A stretch of DNA of 18,778 nucleotides. Source: Candidatus Methylomirabilia bacterium (GTDB lineage Bacteria; Methylomirabilota; Methylomirabilia; Rokubacteriales; CSP1-6). The position numbers and the translations under genes are program-made. The notes below the pieces were generated by a model. That model saw nothing but the letters and a program-made list of their open reading frames with translations, was not told where the DNA came from and did no database searches. The stretch spans positions 1-18,778 of the forward strand of contig JBGQEL010000085.1 in NCBI GenBank assembly GCA_041496385.1, given 5' to 3'. Below are positions 16,845 through 18,778 of this stretch, one piece after another. Positions within the stretch are counted from its first letter, which is position 1; each line of letters starts with the position of its first letter.

Positions 16845-16873
16845 ATCATATCGTGCGGGCGCACGCCCGGCAA
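16845..16873 (-). promoter_or_regulatory. Sigma70-type promoter of the carbamoylase operon: TTGCCG-N17-TATGAT
   Basis: -35 at 16868-16873 and -10 at 16845-16850 on the minus strand, with exactly 17 bp spacing. Confidence 0.6.
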
Positions 16874-16905
16874 GGAAGGTGCGGGGCCCCGTCGCGCCGG
16901 CGAGC

Positions 16906-16911
16906 TATACT
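16906..16911 (+). promoter_or_regulatory. -10 box TATACT, 6 nt upstream of GTG 16918 (leaderless-type)
   Basis: TATACT-GCGCGC-GTG with no SD. Confidence 0.6.
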
Positions 16912-16917
16912 GCGCGC

Positions 16918-17307
16918 GTGACGAAGAAGCGCGTTCTCATCGTGGACGACGAGCCCGTCACGCTCCGGCTCCTGGAGCGCGTCTTCCAGCAGTTCCACCA
17001 CGGCCACGACTACGAGATCGAGACGGTGCGTGACGGCGCCGACGCGCTCATGGCCCTCCTGCGGCAGCCCTTCGACCTCGTCCTGCTCGACATGCAGATG
17101 CCGCGCCTCGGCGGCCTCGAGCTGCTCAAGCAGATGCAGGGCCTCGACCTCCGCGTCCCGGTGCTGATGCTGACCGCGACCCAGGATTCCAAGGCGGCGG
17201 GCGAAGCCTTGCGGAGCGGCGTCTTCGCCTTCGTCCCGAAGCCGGTGGATCCGCAGCAGCTCGACCACCTCGTCGCGCTCGCCCTGTCCACCACGCCGTC
17301 CGGCTGA
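16918..17307 (+). CDS. Single-domain response regulator (CheY-like receiver), 129 aa
   Basis: RVLIVDDE, DLVLLDMQMPRLGGLELL (phospho-Asp), VLMLTA and FVPKP. Confidence 0.92.
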   Translation: MTKKRVLIVDDEPVTLRLLERVFQQFHHGHDYEIETVRDGADALMALLRQPFDLVLLDMQMPRLGGLELLKQMQGLDLRVPVLMLTATQDSKAAGEALRSGVFAFVPKPVDPQQLDHLVALALSTTPSG

Positions 17308-17344
17308 CGGCGCGCCGCCGCGCCGGTCGCGAGGCGCGCGGGCC

Positions 17345-18641
17345 TCAGGCGCGGTCGGCGATCTCGGCGATCCGCCGGAACGTCTCGACGCGCTTGCGGT
17401 TACCCTCCGGCAATTTCGCGATGTCGGCGTCGGTCAGCGCGATCGTGTTGCCGTAGGCCTGGTACGACGGGATCTTGTCGTCGGCGAGCGGCGCCATCGT
17501 CTGCTTGCGCGCGAAGGCGGCCTCGATCGCCGGCGCCAGCGCCTCCATCTTCCGCGCCTGACGCTCCGCCTCCTTCTCGTGGAACTCCGGCATGACCTCG
17601 GCGGCGAACAGCTCGAGCGCCTCGCAGATGTGCTCGTGGCGGTTGCGGCCGCCCTGCTGGATGAAGATCGTCTGGTCCACGCCCGCGTTCTGGAAGGTGC
17701 GGAGCGACTCGCGCAGCTCGGCCGGCGTGCCGATGCAGCTCGCGCCGCCGCCGAGCACCTCCGTGCCGATCTGCTCGCGCACGGCCAGGAAGCGGTTCCA
17801 GATGTTGGTCCGTCCCGGCGTGTGCCGGCCGAAGACGTAGTGATGGGCGAGCGCGAACTGGAAGAACCGGAAGCCGTCGATGCCGCGCCGGCGGGCCTCG
17901 GCCGCGTCGGCGTGGCAGGAGAAGCCGGTGACCATCGCGACGTTGGGGTTGACCGCGTGGCCGATCGGCACGCACTCGCGCTTGAAGGTCTCGTAGTAGT
18001 CGGCGACCCACTGGGTCGCCTCGGCCGGGTCGATGAAGGCGAAGGTCAGGGCGCCGATCCCGAGCTGCGCCGCGAGGTGGATCGTCTCGCGGTTCGAGCA
18101 CGCCACCCCAGATCGGCGGGTGGGGCTTCTGCACCGGCTTCGGGAGGACGTTCCGCGCCGGCATCGAGAAGTACGTGCCGGCGAAGCCGGGGTAGGGATC
18201 CATCGCCATCATGTTGGCGACCTGCTCCACGGTCTCGCGCCACATGGCGCGCCGGTCTGCCGGCTTGATGCCGAAGCCCTCGAGCTCGGCGCGCGAGGCT
18301 GACTCTCCCGTCCCCCAGTCGACCCGGCCCCCGGAGACGAGATCGAGCGTGGCGACGCGCTCGGCGACACGCGCCGGCGCGTTGTAGCCGGGCGGCATCA
18401 GCACGATGCCGTGGCCGAGGCGGATCCGCTTGGAGCGCTGCGAGGCGGCGGCCAGGAACACCTCCGGCGCGGAGGAGTGGGAATACTCCTCGAGGAAGTG
18501 GTGCTCCACCTCCCAGGCGTAGTCGATGCCCAGCCGGTCGGCCAGCTCGACCTGGTCGAGCGCGTCCTGGAAGAGCCGGAGCTCGGCGCCCTCCTCCCAC
18601 GGCCGCGGGAGCTGGTGCTCATAGAAGATCCCAAATTTCAT
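17345..18641 (-). pseudogene. LLM-class flavin-dependent oxidoreductase (luciferase-like monooxygenase) with a +1 frameshift at 18106-18109; pseudogene or sequencing error
   Basis: N-half MKFGIFYEHQLPRPW...EVEHHFLEEYSHSSAPE...PKPVQKPHPPIW and C-half VACSNRETIHLAAQLGIGAL are in different frames. Removing one G from TGGGGTG restores a 431-aa protein. Confidence 0.88.
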
Positions 18642-18697
18642 CGTTCTCTCCTCTGTTTAGCCTGTCTAACCTGGACTGTTCATTAACGAGGATACCG

Positions 18698-18778
18698 ATG
18701 TCGGACGGGTGGCGTCGCGGGCTGGGCTCGCGCAGCCGGCGAAGTGGGCCCCCCGAGTCCCGTCCGCAGCTCGAAGAG
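18698..18778 (+). CDS. Possible 5' end of a divergent gene (MSDGWRRG...), function unknown
   Basis: ATG 18698 preceded by GAGGA; 27 codons open to the edge, too short to verify. Confidence 0.25.
   Translation, partial: MSDGWRRGLGSRSRRSGPPESRPQLEE

Noticed and set aside
17308..17344. Intrinsic terminator between the convergent response regulator and LLM genes
   Set aside because: A GC hairpin (GCGCGCC/GGCGCGC) is possible, but there is no U-tract on either strand.
1..18778. CRISPR array, transposase, integrase, phage or defence genes
   Set aside because: No regularly spaced repeats or matching protein motifs were seen.

Overview
High-GC (roughly 70% by eye) bacterial chromosomal window. Gene style and content suggest a Rokubacteria/Methylomirabilota-like organism, which is an inference. 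The main result is that ORFs 754-1221 and 1228-1461 are one in-frame MerB-like (organomercurial lyase family) gene. It is split by a TGA at the position of the second catalytic Cys and followed by a bacterial SECIS-type hairpin, so it is a probable selenoprotein. The rest of the window, left to right: the 5' end of a probable membrane adenylate/guanylate cyclase; a lower-GC intergenic scar; an EamA transporter; an ArsB/NhaD-type anion permease; an HMG-CoA-synthase-like/DUF35 fusion plus thiolase (PhlABC-like architecture); a FetAB-type ABC pair; an internally deleted DUF983 remnant; an 8-gene minus-strand operon (D-carbamoylase, hydantoinase-like enzyme, two Tat-exported binding proteins, two Dpp-type permeases, a Zn-dehydrogenase with an atypical catalytic metal motif, a hypothetical protein); a stand-alone response regulator; and a frameshifted luciferase-like monooxygenase. 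Several genes appear to be leaderless. Family calls come from motif recognition only; no searches were run.
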